DNA of 64,000 nucleotides from Batkoa obscura (Eukaryota): NCBI GenBank assembly GCA_030770535.1, contig JASVEC010000010.1, positions 1,178,001 to 1,242,000 of the forward strand, read 5' to 3'. Shown piece by piece: positions 62,206 to 64,000 of this stretch (position 1 is its first letter; each line of letters starts with the position of its first letter). The notes under the pieces were generated by a model. It saw only the letters and a program-made list of their open reading frames with translations, ran no database searches and was not told where the DNA came from. The position numbers and the translations under genes were made by a program.

Positions 62206-62496
62206 TTAAGCAGAGTTACATTTCTCACATTCTTTCATATCATCAAATGGTCCACATAATGGATCTTCAGCATCAACTTTAACACAACCATTGGTAGTAG
62301 CTATATACTGATAGGTATCAATCTTGCAATCCCCAGGTCTAGCTGAAGATAAGCATAATAAAGCTCTATTTGAAAGTTAATATGGTTAATAAGTTGAATT
62401 TATGTTATACCTGTCATCTTCACTGATGGGACTTAAAGCTGCAACGGTGCTTAAACCAAGAAGTAAAGATATGAAGTTATTTTTTTTGATATACAT
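62206..62496 (-). CDS. Small secreted 6-Cys Kunitz/BPTI-like peptide, 2 exons (not in ORF track)
   Basis: With intron 62366-62410 removed: MYIKKNNFISLLLGLSTVAALSPISEDDRALLCLSSARPGDCKIDTYQYIATTNGCVKVDAEDPLCGPFDDMKECEKCNSA*. Confidence 0.75.
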
Positions 62497-62794
62497 AGTT
62501 TGACGGTTAATACAAAAATAAAGTTTTTTTCCTAAAGCTTTATAGTCTTTTTAAAAAACATAAGGTAATTATTGGTTTTAAAATCAAGTTGATCATTAAA
62601 GATATCCTAATTCTAAGTTGAAAATTGAAAATCAAACATATTAAATTACTTTTTTTATTCTGACAGTTTATCACACCCTGATTTAATATTTGTAAAATAG
62701 CAGTTCATCCTATGCTTGAAAATAAAATAGTATTTTTAAAATTATTAAAATTATGTTTGTATACACTTAAACTAAGCTAATCGAAATAGCATAT

Positions 62795-62889
62795 GGGTGT
62801 CTTTTTTTGTTCAAGAACCTTGCTAATATCTTTTTTATTTAATAGTGCTTAAAAATGGAAAAAGCGATTAAAGTAAAAAAGACATATCT
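62795..62889 (-). mobile_element. MITE copy 16 (diverged)
   Basis: Family core; ATAT TSD. Confidence 0.75.
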
Positions 62890-63387
62890 ATATAAAGACA
62901 AAAGGTTAAATAATATGGTTTTTATATAATATTTATATTTAGTTTTACATATAACATGAACTCAATTAATATATTAAATACCATCATTTTAGCAAGTGCA
63001 AAATATCTTATTCTAATTTAAAACTCATTTATTACATTTACTATTGATTTTCTTTAGATGACAATCTTAGTATTTGTGAAGTATATTAAAAATTTAAACA
63101 CTTAAATCAAAAAGTACTTTATTAAAATTTATTGTCTTTTAAATTGAGTTATTGAAAATAAGAAATAAAAAATATTTAAAGCTGATGATATATTTATGTT
63201 TATCAAATGGTTGATTTGGTTTTTAATATTTAAACTTTATTACCTAATACAGATTAACATATTTAAAACTATAAATAAAATTATTTGAATAATTAGTTAT
63301 ATGAAAGGATTATAACTGAACTTAATAAATCAAGGATATAAATTGTATCCCTATTTTGGATGCTATGCTAGTACCTTATAGGTGTGA

Positions 63388-64000
63388 TCACATCAGTGAG
63401 CAATCTTTTTTCTCCTTTTTTTCTTTTTTCTCCTTCTTGGAGTCCGAGTTATTTGAAGAATATGTGAAATTTGTGTCGCCATAGTTTGTGCTTGCTAATT
63501 TAGAATTATATCCGTTTACACTTCCATTATAAGTTTGGGTATGAACGGATCCTGGTTGTGAATGTATAAGGTTTTGATACCCCTGTGTTTGAGACTTATT
63601 ACGTGATTTTTCCATTCGCTCTTTTAATTCTTCTAACCTCTTTTTAGCTGGGTCAAACCCTTGATTAGCAGCAGATTCATAACAGCGCATTGCAGCCTGC
63701 ATATCTTTATAAAATACACCTTCCCCCCTTTCGTGGCATGCCCCTAAGTTAAACATAGCAAATGGAGATCCAAGGTCAGCAGCTTTAGTATACCATTCAA
63801 CTGCAGAAAATGAGTCTTGTGCAACCCCTCGACCTGTTTGATAGCATTGGGCTAGATTAGTCATTGCAGAAGCATTATTTTGCTTCGCCGCCATTAAATA
63901 ATATTCAAATGCTTTTTCAGGGTTTATTTCAACACCTTTACCAGCGGAATAGCAAGTTCCTACATTCGATTGTGCATCTGGGTTACCTTTATCTGCTAGT
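63388..64000 (-). CDS. 3' end of SEL1-repeat protein with polybasic tail and CaaX (CSLM); truncated by window edge
   Basis: The frame stays open to the window edge; shares FYKDMQxAMRxYExAANxGFxPA with gene 2..2071; ends KKEKKEKKEKKDCSLM*. A kinase domain is not visible in the window. Confidence 0.88.
   Translation of the reverse strand, partial: LADKGNPDAQSNVGTCYSAGKGVEINPEKAFEYYLMAAKQNNASAMTNLAQCYQTGRGVAQDSFSAVEWYTKAADLGSPFAMFNLGACHERGEGVFYKDMQAAMRCYESAANQGFDPAKKRLEELKERMEKSRNKSQTQGYQNLIHSQPGSVHTQTYNGSVNGYNSKLASTNYGDTNFTYSSNNSDSKKEKKEKKEKKDCSLM

Overview
This is very AT-rich eukaryotic DNA with short (about 40-110 nt) GT-AG introns. Gene content and intron style point to an early-diverging fungus; an Entomophthorales/Zoopagomycota-type genome is my inference. 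Housekeeping genes: ATP synthase subunit h, EngB/YihA GTPase, mitoferrin, ribosomal protein uL1, PIG-L/GPI12, PhoD and PhoA-type phosphatases, a GH16 glucanase, an Argonaute with an intact DEDH tetrad, and four tRNAs. These are interleaved with locally expanded families. (1) Four intronless SEL1-repeat genes all end in a CaaX prenylation box (CTIM, CLIL, CCLIL, CSLM); two carry a complete N-terminal TKL-like kinase and a third shows the kinase end at the window edge. (2) Three kelch-propeller single-pass membrane genes, one of them a pseudogene, share a conserved cytoplasmic motif. (3) A divergent pair of small secretory-pathway proteins in which one keeps HDEL and the other lost it to a stop codon. 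(4) A convergent pair of small membrane paralogs. There are also a GPCR, an RGS protein and a Kunitz-like secreted peptide missed by the ORF track. A ~95-bp MITE with GRG...CYC ends and 4-bp A-N-N-T target duplications occurs 16 times, and two copies sit in a decayed Sola-like transposase. Two duplicate-derived pseudogenes show strongly directional G:C->A:T decay. No database searches were run; all family calls come from motif recognition.
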